Shown here piece by piece: positions 47,804 through 58,213 of a DNA stretch of 64,000 nucleotides. The first letter of the stretch is position 1. Every line of letters begins with the position of its first letter. The notes under the pieces were generated by a model. That model saw only the letters and a program-made list of their open reading frames with translations. It had not been told where the DNA came from and ran no database searches. The DNA is from a virus. Position numbers and translations under genes: made by a program. The stretch lies in the IMG/VR virus record IMGVR_UViG_3300009085_000022, positions 1 to 64,000 of that record. The stretch is one strand, 5' to 3'.

Positions 47804-48895
47804 TTAATATACTAAATTTTTATTCTTAGTTATTGTAGCATGAACCATTATCTCTCCATTGCACTTTTGTAAATCTAAAGGTGCAATATTTGTCTCTCCT
47901 AAATCAAATTGCCTTAAATAAATTTCTGCAGCTTCTAATACATCTAATAAAGCTGGTATGTCCCAATAACCATCTTGAATTCCCCATTCATGGAATTCTC
48001 TATGGCAAGTTTCAGACATTTTAGCAATAATAGGATATTTTGGCACTAATCTACTTATATAAAGAAATCTAAATAAATCAACTGTATAAAAATCAAAAGA
48101 TGGTAACTTATCTATAATTTTAGTTAATCCTTCTTTATATATTACCCCTTGATATCCATATTTATATTTATATAAAGCTGTTTTAACAAAGTTTCTAGGA
48201 TAATCAGAACCGGTTTTAATATCCCAAGGGGAGATAATCTTATTATTATGATCAATATAGATAATATCAATTTTAGATTTAAAGTTCATTCCTTCTAAAT
48301 CAAATTTTATCTTAAATTGATATATTATTTCTACATTGTTCTGTTTTTGTTCATCTTTTGATATAAATAGATGTTTAGACCAAGGATGATTTCTTAACAC
48401 TTCGGCTATATTATAAGCTTCAGTATACATACTCGAAGAAATAATTAATTTATCTCTATTATCTTCAAATATTTTTATGTACTCTGAACATTCTGCTAAT
48501 AATTTTTGCTTTTTAGTATCAACTTTCCAATTAACAGAAGAACCTGTTATATTATAAATATCTTCAATTTGATCATTAGTTAAATTATTTAAATCCGCCC
48601 CCAATCCATTATCTAAAATATAAGTAGAAATTTTTAAAAATTGTTCAGAAGGTTTTAAATCATTTACTAATATTTTAGAATCAACAGATTCAGGTTCAGT
48701 TAACATAATATCAACGACAGACCCAAAATTAAAGTATTCTTTTTCTTCATGTTTTTGTTCTTGTATTAGAACTTCAGGATTATCATAAACATCTTTTATT
48801 CTGGAGTATGATAAACAATTTGATGCTTTATACTCTATATCATCTTTAAAAGATTCTTGTAATTGTAATAAACCATACGGTACAGATTCTTCCAT
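47804..48895 (-). CDS. PD-(D/E)xK exonuclease
   Basis: LSYS..FGS.VD; KSKIDI..DIKT..Y..Q..Y. Confidence 0.8.
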   Translation of the reverse strand: MEESVPYGLLQLQESFKDDIEYKASNCLSYSRIKDVYDNPEVLIQEQKHEEKEYFNFGSVVDIMLTEPESVDSKILVNDLKPSEQFLKISTYILDNGLGADLNNLTNDQIEDIYNITGSSVNWKVDTKKQKLLAECSEYIKIFEDNRDKLIISSSMYTEAYNIAEVLRNHPWSKHLFISKDEQKQNNVEIIYQFKIKFDLEGMNFKSKIDIIYIDHNNKIISPWDIKTGSDYPRNFVKTALYKYKYGYQGVIYKEGLTKIIDKLPSFDFYTVDLFRFLYISRLVPKYPIIAKMSETCHREFHEWGIQDGYWDIPALLDVLEAAEIYLRQFDLGETNIAPLDLQKCNGEIMVHATITKNKNLVY

Positions 48896-48909
48896 TTTTC
48901 AGTTATTAT

Positions 48910-49164
48910 TTATATGTTATTATCTATATAAGAAGATATAATTGCATCAAGTTCAATAGCATATCTACGTTTATCTTCATCAATTATTTTTAAATTAAAA
49001 TAAATATCAGAATCTAATTCATAGATTATATTTTCTACTTTAATTCTTAATGGATGAGGATTTCCAGTTACAAAATTACTAAATTCTTTTGAATTATTAG
49101 CATCTTCATCAAATATTTTTCTATATAATGTTTTAATATAATTTATATTATCTTCTTCTAGCAT
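48910..49164 (-). CDS. Hypothetical protein
   Basis: 84-aa ORF in the operon. Confidence 0.6.
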   Translation of the reverse strand: MLEEDNINYIKTLYRKIFDEDANNSKEFSNFVTGNPHPLRIKVENIIYELDSDIYFNLKIIDEDKRRYAIELDAIISSYIDNNI

Positions 49165-49167
49165 ATA

Positions 49168-49857
49168 TTACCATATTATATGAATATTATTAAATTTTAA
49201 TAAATGTTCTCTTATTTTTACAAAATGATCACAATCCCATTCTACATTTTTATAAGCAGAATTAATAGGATGAGAACTTGTAAGTATAGTATTAGAAACT
49301 GGGTAAATATCTCCTATAAAATTTTTAGCGTGTCCGCCCCATAAACAATAAGTTATTCCAGAATTAGTATAACTCAATTTTTGTAATAGTTTTTTTGTAA
49401 AAACTGACCATAATTTTATATGACTTCCAGGTTTACCTTCTTCTACTGTTAAAGCTGTATTTAATAATAGTATACCTTGATTAGCCCATTTTTTTAATGA
49501 TGGATCAAAATCAAAATTATGGCCATGATAAATAGTTTTACTTACGGTATCTTTTACAATTTGTAAAGAAGCACTTAGTATAGGAGTACGAGATTCATTA
49601 GCCAGTGCAATTCCTGTTGCAGACCCATTATAATATGGATCTTGCAACAAGATTACAACTGATAAATTTCTATAAGGGCACTCTTTAAAAGCTCTAAATA
49701 CATTCTTTTGTTCTGGGTAAATTTTAGGACCCATATTATCTTTAGTAAATTTATAATATTCATTTACTGTATTTAAATTTACAATAATTTCGTTATCACT
49801 AAAAATAGTTTGGAAAAACGGTTCCCAATCTCCTACCAAATCTGTTAATGTGGTCAT
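49168..49857 (-). CDS. ung: Uracil-DNA glycosylase (family 1)
   Basis: VVILLQDPY, WANQGILLLNTALTV, SH..LW, LWG..A, SHP. Confidence 0.9.
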   Translation of the reverse strand: MTTLTDLVGDWEPFFQTIFSDNEIIVNLNTVNEYYKFTKDNMGPKIYPEQKNVFRAFKECPYRNLSVVILLQDPYYNGSATGIALANESRTPILSASLQIVKDTVSKTIYHGHNFDFDPSLKKWANQGILLLNTALTVEEGKPGSHIKLWSVFTKKLLQKLSYTNSGITYCLWGGHAKNFIGDIYPVSNTILTSSHPINSAYKNVEWDCDHFVKIREHLLKFNNIHIIW

Positions 49858-51311
49858 ACAAAAGGTGTTAGTGTATATAAATCTTTGTTTGAATGCTCCA
49901 TAAGTATTTCAGCTTCTCCTACATTATCTTGCCTTTTAGAATAATGTTTTTTTCTTTCTTCAATGTATCTAATTAAAATATTAGAAACTTCATCAGGATA
50001 GAACTCTGTTAAAATAATTTTTAAATTTATAGGAGATATATCCTTTAATTCAGTAGTTCCTAATAAAGTTTGATACTTTTTAGCATAAGCAAGAATAGCC
50101 ATTGTAATATAAATCCAATTAATTACTTTTTGGTCATTCATTGTAGGCACATGACACCGAAACTCAATAGTCTCTTTTTTACCCCATAATAAAGGTACAA
50201 GATTAAGCCAATAGTATCTACTGTTAACTTCCCATTTGTGTTGACCATCTCTATCTAAAGGATGTTGTCCTGTTGGAAATCTGCCTGAAAATTCATTACC
50301 AGAGCTTAACCAGTGATAAATCACTTTAAAGATTTCATTAGTATCTGTTAAAGTAGCTCCTAAATTTGGTAATGGATTACAATAAGATTTTCTTTTAAAG
50401 TTAGAAGTGTCTACATAATAGTAAGGAAATAATTTGTAAATTTCATCTTCAATTAATTGACCTAATCTGAATATAGATACTATACCCTTTACAGTTTTTG
50501 GATAACCGCCTAAATGTATATGTAATGATTCTAAAGGAGAGCAACTACAGTATTTAAAAAGTAGTTTACAATTCTTTTTTATAGCTTGTATACCTTCTTT
50601 ACCAAATAAAGGAATTGTTACATATTCAAATCCTGATATACTACCATCTTTACAAGCGATTAAACCATTAGGTTTTAATAAATTTTCAGGTATAGCACCT
50701 TTTTCAGTTTCAAATTCAACACCAAAAGTAAATCCTAGTTTCTCGATTAATTTATAATTATCAGATAATAAACTATCTCCAACAAAGTTTTCTTTAAAAT
50801 ATTTAGAAAATTCTGCAATAAGATTATCACTATTATAATTTAAGGGAAAAGAATAGTAATTGTCTTTTCTAGGTTTTAACTTTATATTAAATTCTTTAGG
50901 AATATTAGCTTCTGTTGTACAGTAATAATAGCCATTTAACCCTTCAGCAATATTAGGAATCTTATTTACAATATCTATACTTAAAATAGTTCTAAGTTTA
51001 CCTTGAATGAAAATCTTAGTATTACGTAATCTATTTGAAGTAAATTTTCCAAAAGTGATTCCTTCATCCCAAGTCCAATCTACAATTCCTTCTACTACTC
51101 TTTCGTTATTATTTAAAAGTTTCCAGAGATTGTATTCATAATCATAAAAAATATATCCACTATTTACCCTGTACCACTTATCATTTATTAAAAAGCATTG
51201 TTTATTTTTAATATAAAAATTGCCTTTAATAAACCTACATTCCTTTCGGATTGCTGGTGTACCATCATAAGTTTTTATCAACTGCTCCATAGCTTCAATT
51301 AAATACTTCAT
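49854..51311 (-). CDS. Putative amidoligase (COOH-NH2 ligase, glutamine-synthetase-like fold)
   Basis: FGVEFET, DGSISGFEYVT, LHIHLG, RYYWLNL, TIEFR. Confidence 0.85.
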   Translation of the reverse strand: MKYLIEAMEQLIKTYDGTPAIRKECRFIKGNFYIKNKQCFLINDKWYRVNSGYIFYDYEYNLWKLLNNNERVVEGIVDWTWDEGITFGKFTSNRLRNTKIFIQGKLRTILSIDIVNKIPNIAEGLNGYYYCTTEANIPKEFNIKLKPRKDNYYSFPLNYNSDNLIAEFSKYFKENFVGDSLLSDNYKLIEKLGFTFGVEFETEKGAIPENLLKPNGLIACKDGSISGFEYVTIPLFGKEGIQAIKKNCKLLFKYCSCSPLESLHIHLGGYPKTVKGIVSIFRLGQLIEDEIYKLFPYYYVDTSNFKRKSYCNPLPNLGATLTDTNEIFKVIYHWLSSGNEFSGRFPTGQHPLDRDGQHKWEVNSRYYWLNLVPLLWGKKETIEFRCHVPTMNDQKVINWIYITMAILAYAKKYQTLLGTTELKDISPINLKIILTEFYPDEVSNILIRYIEERKKHYSKRQDNVGEAEILMEHSNKDLYTLTPFV

Positions 51312-53310
51312 AATTTACTTCTTTTTCTAATAAAGTTGCTAAAGTTTTTTTACAGGCATTACAATCAGTACAACTATGAAATGTAAAATGATTTTTATGC
51401 TCACAAGTTGAACACGCTCCTCTTACAGAATTTGTAAAATCTCTTAGAAAATGGATTAACATTAACTGTATACTCTTTTCGTCTTTTAAACTAGATGTAG
51501 CTAATAAAATATTTTGAAAAGGTGAAAAAGGATTATCCATATTCTCTAAGTTATATAATCTGTATCCTACTATATATTCACTAGTTTTTGTAACACTCAT
51601 TTTACAATCACTAAAATACAAATTTACTAGTCCTTGATCATCACTGGAATGTGTAGCTGTTTTACTTTCTTTTTTAGTGTCTATTATAGAAACTAAATCT
51701 CCTTTATCAAAAGTATATTCTTTATTTGAAAACAAAGGAGCAAAAGATCCAGTATAGTACATATCAAAACTATCTTCTTTATTAAAATGATCACGACAAT
51801 CTTGTTCCCCATATGTATCAGTTAAAGATACAGTAGGATAAGCTGAATATTTAGTTATTTTTGAGGTAAAATCTTGTTCCTCGCTTTCTAAATAAATAGG
51901 ATTTTGTTTTAAATCCATCATAAAATCTTCATGGATTTTTAATGCTTTTTTATAGGCAAGTATACCATCCATCATAATACCTTCAATAAAATAATAGATT
52001 TTTAATATAGCAATATCTTTAGTATACCTACCAGGAATTGCTCCTAGTACGTTTAAAGGATATATACCATGCATTAATCCTTTATTCATCCAGAATCTAC
52101 CTTTATTAAAGACAGCTCTTTTTAATCCTTTAGTAAGAAAATCATTATTTATTTCAGCTTGTAATCTAACTGGCTCATCTATATGAAGTTTTCTAATAAA
52201 AATATGCAGATTTTTATGAAATTCCGCAATTCTTTCTAAATTATCGTGTCTTCCTATTACATTATATTTAGTTGGTATTGCCGGTAATGAATTTTTACCT
52301 TCACTATATTTAAAAGGTAAATCATCCCAATCTTTATGATTTGCAAATCCAAAATGTGCATATAAATTTCTATGCTTATTCCAATTAATTGAATTATCCT
52401 TATATTTAGTTTTATCGTATACGTAAGGAGTATTCTGCAAACAGTTAGACCTATCTATTAAATTATTGCCAACTAATATTCCTTGTTTAAAAACAAATAA
52501 AGTATTTGTAGCAAGATCTATAATAAATTCATTAGTACCTCCTATAAATTTTAAAGATTCTTCTATTGAAGAAAAATAAATATTATTAGGCCCGATTGTC
52601 CAGGTAAATAAGGGACGTTCTTCTGAAACTACTTTAGAATAATCTTGTGCTTTGGATTCGCCTTTAAATATATAAGTTTTGCCAGTAATATGATTTTGCC
52701 AAACAAGGGCAGCAGTTCCAACATATTTAGTTAAAACATCGTGATTACCATAAAATAAGATACTTAACAATACTTTAGAATCATTATGGTCTTCTAAAGA
52801 GATACCATAACTAGTAGCTAATTCTTTATAATTATCAATAGTTCCATTATGAATGCCAGAAAAAACAATATCATCATTTTGTAAATCTTTAATAGCTTTT
52901 TTTAAATGAGTATCCTTAATGGCTTTCATATTAAGATCTTTCTTTCTAAGAATTATAGGTTGAGCATACATATCTGCTTTACCGCCAGAAGAGGCTTTTC
53001 TACTATGTCCTAATACAGTATTACTAATAATAGGTACAGTAGGGCTTTTAACTTCTTGTACAAATTCATTATAAGTTTTTAATTTATCTAACCCATATTC
53101 ACAAGAATTGTTAAACACTCTACCACAAGCATCACCCCCTCTTTTATCATTAATATACCCTAAAATATTAAATTTATCCCATGAAAAATTAGTATTAGGA
53201 TCTGTACCAATAAACCCAAATAGTCCACAACCATATATAATATAAGGGTCATTAGTAACAAAAAAGTTAATAATACCTATTATCCATATTAATATTAATA
53301 ATATTTTCAT
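51295..53310 (-). CDS. Class II (Ntn) glutamine amidotransferase with hydrophobic leader
   Basis: C28GLFG, RGGDACG, GHSRKAS, HNGTI.N, DS; C-terminal Cys cluster. Confidence 0.85.
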   Translation of the reverse strand: MKILLILIWIIGIINFFVTNDPYIIYGCGLFGFIGTDPNTNFSWDKFNILGYINDKRGGDACGRVFNNSCEYGLDKLKTYNEFVQEVKSPTVPIISNTVLGHSRKASSGGKADMYAQPIILRKKDLNMKAIKDTHLKKAIKDLQNDDIVFSGIHNGTIDNYKELATSYGISLEDHNDSKVLLSILFYGNHDVLTKYVGTAALVWQNHITGKTYIFKGESKAQDYSKVVSEERPLFTWTIGPNNIYFSSIEESLKFIGGTNEFIIDLATNTLFVFKQGILVGNNLIDRSNCLQNTPYVYDKTKYKDNSINWNKHRNLYAHFGFANHKDWDDLPFKYSEGKNSLPAIPTKYNVIGRHDNLERIAEFHKNLHIFIRKLHIDEPVRLQAEINNDFLTKGLKRAVFNKGRFWMNKGLMHGIYPLNVLGAIPGRYTKDIAILKIYYFIEGIMMDGILAYKKALKIHEDFMMDLKQNPIYLESEEQDFTSKITKYSAYPTVSLTDTYGEQDCRDHFNKEDSFDMYYTGSFAPLFSNKEYTFDKGDLVSIIDTKKESKTATHSSDDQGLVNLYFSDCKMSVTKTSEYIVGYRLYNLENMDNPFSPFQNILLATSSLKDEKSIQLMLIHFLRDFTNSVRGACSTCEHKNHFTFHSCTDCNACKKTLATLLEKEVNYEVFN

Positions 53311-54173
53311 AAATCTTTAATTTCATTAAATGTTTGTTTCAAATTTTCATAATTTTTAAAAGATTGTAAAAGACTTTTAAATAGAAGTTTCATATCTGAT
53401 ATTAAATCTGATGTGATATAGGATTTATTATACAAGACATACAAATCTTCTTTAGTACATAGATTGATAAAACTTTCTATTTTCATAACTTGATCCCATA
53501 CCCAAGATAAATGTTGTTCCTGGGTGTAATAGCTACTTAAAGTTCTACATTCTACTCCATATGTTTTACTTCTGATAACTCCCCATCTGCCATATGTTTT
53601 AATTCTTTCTATCTCAGGTTTAATTTCATGTGACGGTATAGTAAGAAATAAATCAAATAATCTTCCTATCATAATATCAGTATATATTTTACCATCATTT
53701 CCTTTAAGTATGGGCTCATCATATCCTATATGAATATGAAATCCAGCTACTCTAAATTTATAATTATCTAAACGAGGAGTTGCTTTAGTTTCAAATCCAG
53801 TATACATATTACTTAACCAGGTATCAATAACTGTAGAACAACCAAAATCACAAGCTTCTCTGGTTTTAAGATACCTTTTAGCAAAATATTCTACACCATT
53901 AGGAGATAATGAATATCCTACTGGAGTTACTTTATCACTAAAATATTTTCTTATTTTAACCATATTACTTACAAATTCTTGTCTTGTATAAGCTTTTGGG
54001 ATATTACCTTCAAAAGAAATATTATCTAATTGTTCAAAATATCCTTCTCCTAATTCATTAATAGCTGAAGGATTATCTTTAGTTCCTTTTGCAAATAAAG
54101 TTGCCGGAAAAGGTTGTCCTTTTGGGTCATACACGAAAAATTCAGGATCAGATCCTAATGTTATAAACTTCAT
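53307..54173 (-). CDS. phiEco32-like COOH-NH2 ligase type 2
   Basis: LGSDPEFF, GTKDNP, DNISFE, FGC, AGFHIHIG, R...YG, YGVECRTLS. Confidence 0.9.
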   Translation of the reverse strand: MKFITLGSDPEFFVYDPKGQPFPATLFAKGTKDNPSAINELGEGYFEQLDNISFEGNIPKAYTRQEFVSNMVKIRKYFSDKVTPVGYSLSPNGVEYFAKRYLKTREACDFGCSTVIDTWLSNMYTGFETKATPRLDNYKFRVAGFHIHIGYDEPILKGNDGKIYTDIMIGRLFDLFLTIPSHEIKPEIERIKTYGRWGVIRSKTYGVECRTLSSYYTQEQHLSWVWDQVMKIESFINLCTKEDLYVLYNKSYITSDLISDMKLLFKSLLQSFKNYENLKQTFNEIKDL

Positions 54174-55444
54174 AGTTCATCAATATTAAAATTAGATTTT
54201 TTATACCTTCTTATTCTTTCATCATCTCCTTTAATAAAGAAAAAATCATCCTGTTCTGATTCTATTGAATACGTACTTTTTAATTTTAAATTGATAAACC
54301 TTGTAAGTTTTTCTGGTTTTAAAGTTAAAATATTAACAGAACCTAATATAATTTTACATAATTCTTCAATATTCTCATTCTTATATAAAGCAATGATTTT
54401 ATTTTGTATTACTGGAGAATAGTTTTGTTGTAATTTACGAAAAAAATCATTAGAAGAATCACTTGAATAATTTTTAATAAGTTTTTCAAATTTTTCTTTA
54501 GATAGTAGTTTAAAACGCCTTACTCCAGTTAGCCACCAATACTCATATATACTAAATCCCATTTGAGCTATTAATATAGCATTCCAGAAATATAAATCAG
54601 GTTTAAGTTCTTTTACTCTATAATACTGATTTACAAAAATATTTAATTCTGGAGAAATTCCAGCTCTAATAAAATGATGTATTAGGTAGCTTTCTAAAGA
54701 ATAAGTTCTTTTAGTATGTAATACTTTTAATATTATACGATCATGAAGTTCAGTACTCTGAAAAAGAATTTGTGATGTTAAATACTTTTCATTAGAATAT
54801 AAAATTTCTTTTACATATTGATAAAAATTATCACCATTTATGTTAATTTCAGATAGATAAATATAAACCTCGTTACTATAATTATTTTTAAAAAAACTTC
54901 GATATCTGCTTTTTTTATCAAGTAAATTTTTAATTTTTAGATTATTAAGATAATATTCAAAAGCTTCTAAAATAGTAATAGGTTTTACCAAAGTTTTATA
55001 TACTTGTAAAAAGTCCTCTAATATAAAATATAAATCAATAATTTCATAATTATCTTTTGTTTTTAAAGTAATCAGTTTACCTGTTTCATTGCTAAAATTA
55101 GTATATTCTAAATGTTTTGATTTATGATGATCACTACTTGGAACAAGATTTTCTTTTAATTCAAGATAAGAACTTTCTGGTAAAATTTCAAGATCTAATG
55201 TTGGAAAATTAGGTTTAAGTTCTTCTATCCAACGTGTAAAATCTTCTCTATTAACTCCTAAAGGTAAAATATAAAACCAGTTCGATTTAGTATTTCTAAC
55301 TTCTCTGGTACAGGATATACTATCATAAGTATATCTAGTACCTTTTTTTAAAGAAGTTTCTTTAGTTTTTATATAATCTAAATATATTGTACTTTTATAT
55401 CTTTGATATGTACAGTCTAATGGATCATATACAAGTTTATGCAT
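54170..55444 (-). CDS. Hypothetical protein in the ligase operon, C-terminal SH3-like module
   Basis: 424 aa; ends LKLKSTYSI..FFIKGDDERIRRYKKSNF. Confidence 0.65.
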   Translation of the reverse strand: MHKLVYDPLDCTYQRYKSTIYLDYIKTKETSLKKGTRYTYDSISCTREVRNTKSNWFYILPLGVNREDFTRWIEELKPNFPTLDLEILPESSYLELKENLVPSSDHHKSKHLEYTNFSNETGKLITLKTKDNYEIIDLYFILEDFLQVYKTLVKPITILEAFEYYLNNLKIKNLLDKKSRYRSFFKNNYSNEVYIYLSEININGDNFYQYVKEILYSNEKYLTSQILFQSTELHDRIILKVLHTKRTYSLESYLIHHFIRAGISPELNIFVNQYYRVKELKPDLYFWNAILIAQMGFSIYEYWWLTGVRRFKLLSKEKFEKLIKNYSSDSSNDFFRKLQQNYSPVIQNKIIALYKNENIEELCKIILGSVNILTLKPEKLTRFINLKLKSTYSIESEQDDFFFIKGDDERIRRYKKSNFNIDEL

Positions 55445-56270
55445 ACCCTTTATTATTTATTAATTTTGTTATAACTTCTTTATATTTGATAATGCCTAAA
55501 TCTCCTAATGCTGGGGCACTGTTTATTTCGCATACTATAAATTTTGGATCTCTTTGCGTATTAGATTGTACTCTGATATCTACTGCACCAATATCTAAAC
55601 CAGTAGAATTAACACAATTACAGGCTGCTTTTTCCATCTCTTTCCAACATCTTGGACGATCAAATAGTTTATGATCTTCTCCTACCCAATTGGAATTAAT
55701 AGAATTAAAAAACCATCTTTCTTTAGCATCTTTAGTCCTAAGTTTACGCCACGATAAAAATACTCCTATATCTTTAGCTACATGTAATCTATATTCTCTG
55801 GCATAATTATAGAACTTTTCAAAGTACCAACCATCAAAATTACCTTCAAAATGGCGATGTTTAGTTATCCAGGCTTTTAATTCTTCTTGATTATTAATCA
55901 ATTCCATTCCTCTTCCCTGAAATCCAAATATTCTTTTAATTACGATTGGAAAATCCATTCCTTCTATACCAGTAATATCAGATACAGTTTGAAAACCAGT
56001 TTTTTTTATAGTTGGGATATCAATATCTATACACCATTCTGCCTGTGGAACTTTTAATTGTTTAAAACACTCCTTCATACGAAGTTTTGATCTACTATTT
56101 TGGATAGCATCTATTGTATTAATTTCAATAATACCTGGGATTCTACCAAAAATTTTTTCAGTTTTAGTCAAAGATCCTAATCTTACAATTGCTTTAAAAT
56201 CAGTTAATATTGATTTTCTTAATGGTTTTGCAGTAAAATTAGCAGTACGAACTCTAGCAAATCTTTTCAT
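55437..56270 (-). CDS. ATP-grasp peptide ligase
   Basis: FPIVIK..G.QGRGM, EYRLHV, DIGAVDI, CEINSAP. Confidence 0.9.
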   Translation of the reverse strand: MKRFARVRTANFTAKPLRKSILTDFKAIVRLGSLTKTEKIFGRIPGIIEINTIDAIQNSRSKLRMKECFKQLKVPQAEWCIDIDIPTIKKTGFQTVSDITGIEGMDFPIVIKRIFGFQGRGMELINNQEELKAWITKHRHFEGNFDGWYFEKFYNYAREYRLHVAKDIGVFLSWRKLRTKDAKERWFFNSINSNWVGEDHKLFDRPRCWKEMEKAACNCVNSTGLDIGAVDIRVQSNTQRDPKFIVCEINSAPALGDLGIIKYKEVITKLINNKGYA

Positions 56271-56662
56271 CTATTAGGTAGTTTTGTTTTAAAATAAGTT
56301 TTCCAATCTCCAGATTCAACAAAATTTCTGGAATTTTTATGTATATTATTATATACATATATATAAGCCTTGCCAAATTCAGTATCGATTTCTAATCTAT
56401 CATACATACCGAATTTAGGGTTAGTAGCTACAAATCCTTCTAAGCGATCTAATCGTTTTAAGGTATTCTCATCTACTTCATACACTTCTCCTTTTATTTC
56501 AATAGGATTATCATTATTTAAGATAACACCAGGAAACCAACCTAAGTCTACCATAGAAAAAAGCTTGGGGCTTTTTGTTTCCCCAAGCTTTGTACTTTCA
56601 ACTAATAAACCATGATTTCCTAATCCACTTAATAATGAGCCATAAACAAATACTTTATTCAT
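56267..56662 (-). CDS. Gamma-glutamylcyclotransferase (AIG2-like)
   Basis: VFVYGSL, GEVYEV, LDRLEG, SGDW. Confidence 0.92.
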   Translation of the reverse strand: MNKVFVYGSLLSGLGNHGLLVESTKLGETKSPKLFSMVDLGWFPGVILNNDNPIEIKGEVYEVDENTLKRLDRLEGFVATNPKFGMYDRLEIDTEFGKAYIYVYNNIHKNSRNFVESGDWKTYFKTKLPNR

Positions 56663-56666
56663 TATT

Positions 56667-57401
56667 CTAATTTTCTTTAATTTCTACTTGAATAAATTGT
56701 TCAACTTCATTATTCTTAGACCTTTGAAGTAATTCTAAGATAATATAATCTCCTAATGGATCATTATGAAGCTCTTCTGGATGGTATTGTAACCCATATA
56801 TAGGCAATCTTCGATGTCTGAATACTTCAATATTTGGATTCTTTTTACCAGAATAAACTCCCAGTATTTCTAATGTATGATCAGGAAAATTATATGTTGA
56901 TACACATTGATGGTGCATAGAATTAACTTTAATTCTTCCTTTACCATTAGCTCTTTCATATTCAGTTTTAAAAGTCGAAGGAACTAATTCTATATCATGT
57001 ACTGTATCAAATCTGGTTTTATCATTAGTTTCATGAAACATATGCTGAATTAATTTTGCTCCATATAAAACAGCAAGACTTTGACAACCACGACAAATTC
57101 CTAGTACGCTGATGCCTAATGCAATATACTCAGGTAATATCTGAGTATCCATATATTCTTTTATTGGATCAGGTTTTGATGTGTAAAAATGAGGAATAGC
57201 ATTATATCTTCCAGGATCAACATCTGCACCACCTGGGACAACTATTAAATCAATTCTTTCGTCCACAGGTTCTTCTGGTGATATTATTCTAACATTGCCA
57301 AATCCTCCTAAATATTCCATATAGGCAATACTAGACCCAAAACTATTATCTCCAGTTTTCCAACCAAACAGTCCGATTAAAGGTGTTTCATTTTGTGGCA
57401 T
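56667..57401 (-). CDS. Class I glutamine amidotransferase / peptidase C26 (PuuD-like)
   Basis: PGGADVDP, GICRGCQ, VNSMHHQ, QYHPE. Confidence 0.92.
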   Translation of the reverse strand: MPQNETPLIGLFGWKTGDNSFGSSIAYMEYLGGFGNVRIISPEEPVDERIDLIVVPGGADVDPGRYNAIPHFYTSKPDPIKEYMDTQILPEYIALGISVLGICRGCQSLAVLYGAKLIQHMFHETNDKTRFDTVHDIELVPSTFKTEYERANGKGRIKVNSMHHQCVSTYNFPDHTLEILGVYSGKKNPNIEVFRHRRLPIYGLQYHPEELHNDPLGDYIILELLQRSKNNEVEQFIQVEIKEN

Positions 57402-57403
57402 AA

Positions 57404-57745
57404 TTATATCGTTTTATAAGTAGGTATATTAAATCCTATTTTTAAAGAAGTACTGTCAACTAATGTAAATTGTTTTACACAATCTATAAAAGTTTTAACT
57501 CCAAGATCAGTAGTTGATACTGGTATTACAGTTTTTCCTGTAATTTTATTTGAATATAACCTACCTTCTGCTTTTGCTCTACCGACTTTTTTTGCAAAAG
57601 TATCTTTAGGACTGCATAATGCAATACTAAGTTTAAGAAAATTCTTTGATTTTCTTAGGATTCTTTTCTCTGTAGAATAAAGTCCTGCAATAGTAAACCG
57701 TTGATTATCAACAGTTGTACCGTGAAAAAATAACACATTTTCCAT
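57404..57745 (-). CDS. Conserved phage hypothetical protein
   Basis: ALCSPKDTFAKKVGRAKAEGRL motif. Confidence 0.7.
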   Translation of the reverse strand: MENVLFFHGTTVDNQRFTIAGLYSTEKRILRKSKNFLKLSIALCSPKDTFAKKVGRAKAEGRLYSNKITGKTVIPVSTTDLGVKTFIDCVKQFTLVDSTSLKIGFNIPTYKTI

Positions 57746-57748
57746 AAG

Positions 57749-57919
57749 TTAATTTTTTTTAATTTTTAATAAATCTTCAATGTTTGTTATTGTATTAATA
57801 TTTTCTATAATTTGTTTACCAAATTTTAGCATACTATTAAGTATGTAGTTTTTTTCTACTGGATTTAAAGCTAATTTAAATCTAATTTCTTCGTCTAATA
57901 TTTCTTCTGCTGAGTCCAT
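57749..57919 (-). CDS. Hypothetical 56-aa protein (below track cutoff)
   Basis: MDSAEEILDEEIRFK..LLKIKKN*; fills the gap. Confidence 0.6.
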   Translation of the reverse strand: MDSAEEILDEEIRFKLALNPVEKNYILNSMLKFGKQIIENINTITNIEDLLKIKKN

Positions 57920-57938
57920 ATTTTTATATTTTATCTAT

Positions 57939-58199
57939 TTACTTATCCTTCAAAGCCTGGAGTTCGGCTTCAATCCTTTTTATATCTGAATTGTATGCCA
58001 AATGTCCATGAGCAACATTTTTGTAACATACTATCAACATTTCCATCTTCTCAATGATAGCCTTGTCGGTAGCTGAACTCTGGGCGGCGAACTCTTGCAT
58101 AGCATCTATAATTGCTACATGATATTCACAAGCATATTTATCAAATGGCACATTTATTTTACCACAATGCCTTTCAAGTATTTCTTCTGCTGTTTTCAT
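57939..58199 (-). CDS. Hypothetical protein
   Basis: MKTAEEIL..AMQEFA; higher GC. Confidence 0.65.
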   Translation of the reverse strand: MKTAEEILERHCGKINVPFDKYACEYHVAIIDAMQEFAAQSSATDKAIIEKMEMLIVCYKNVAHGHLAYNSDIKRIEAELQALKDK

Positions 58200-58213
58200 A
58201 TCTGTGTTAGTTG

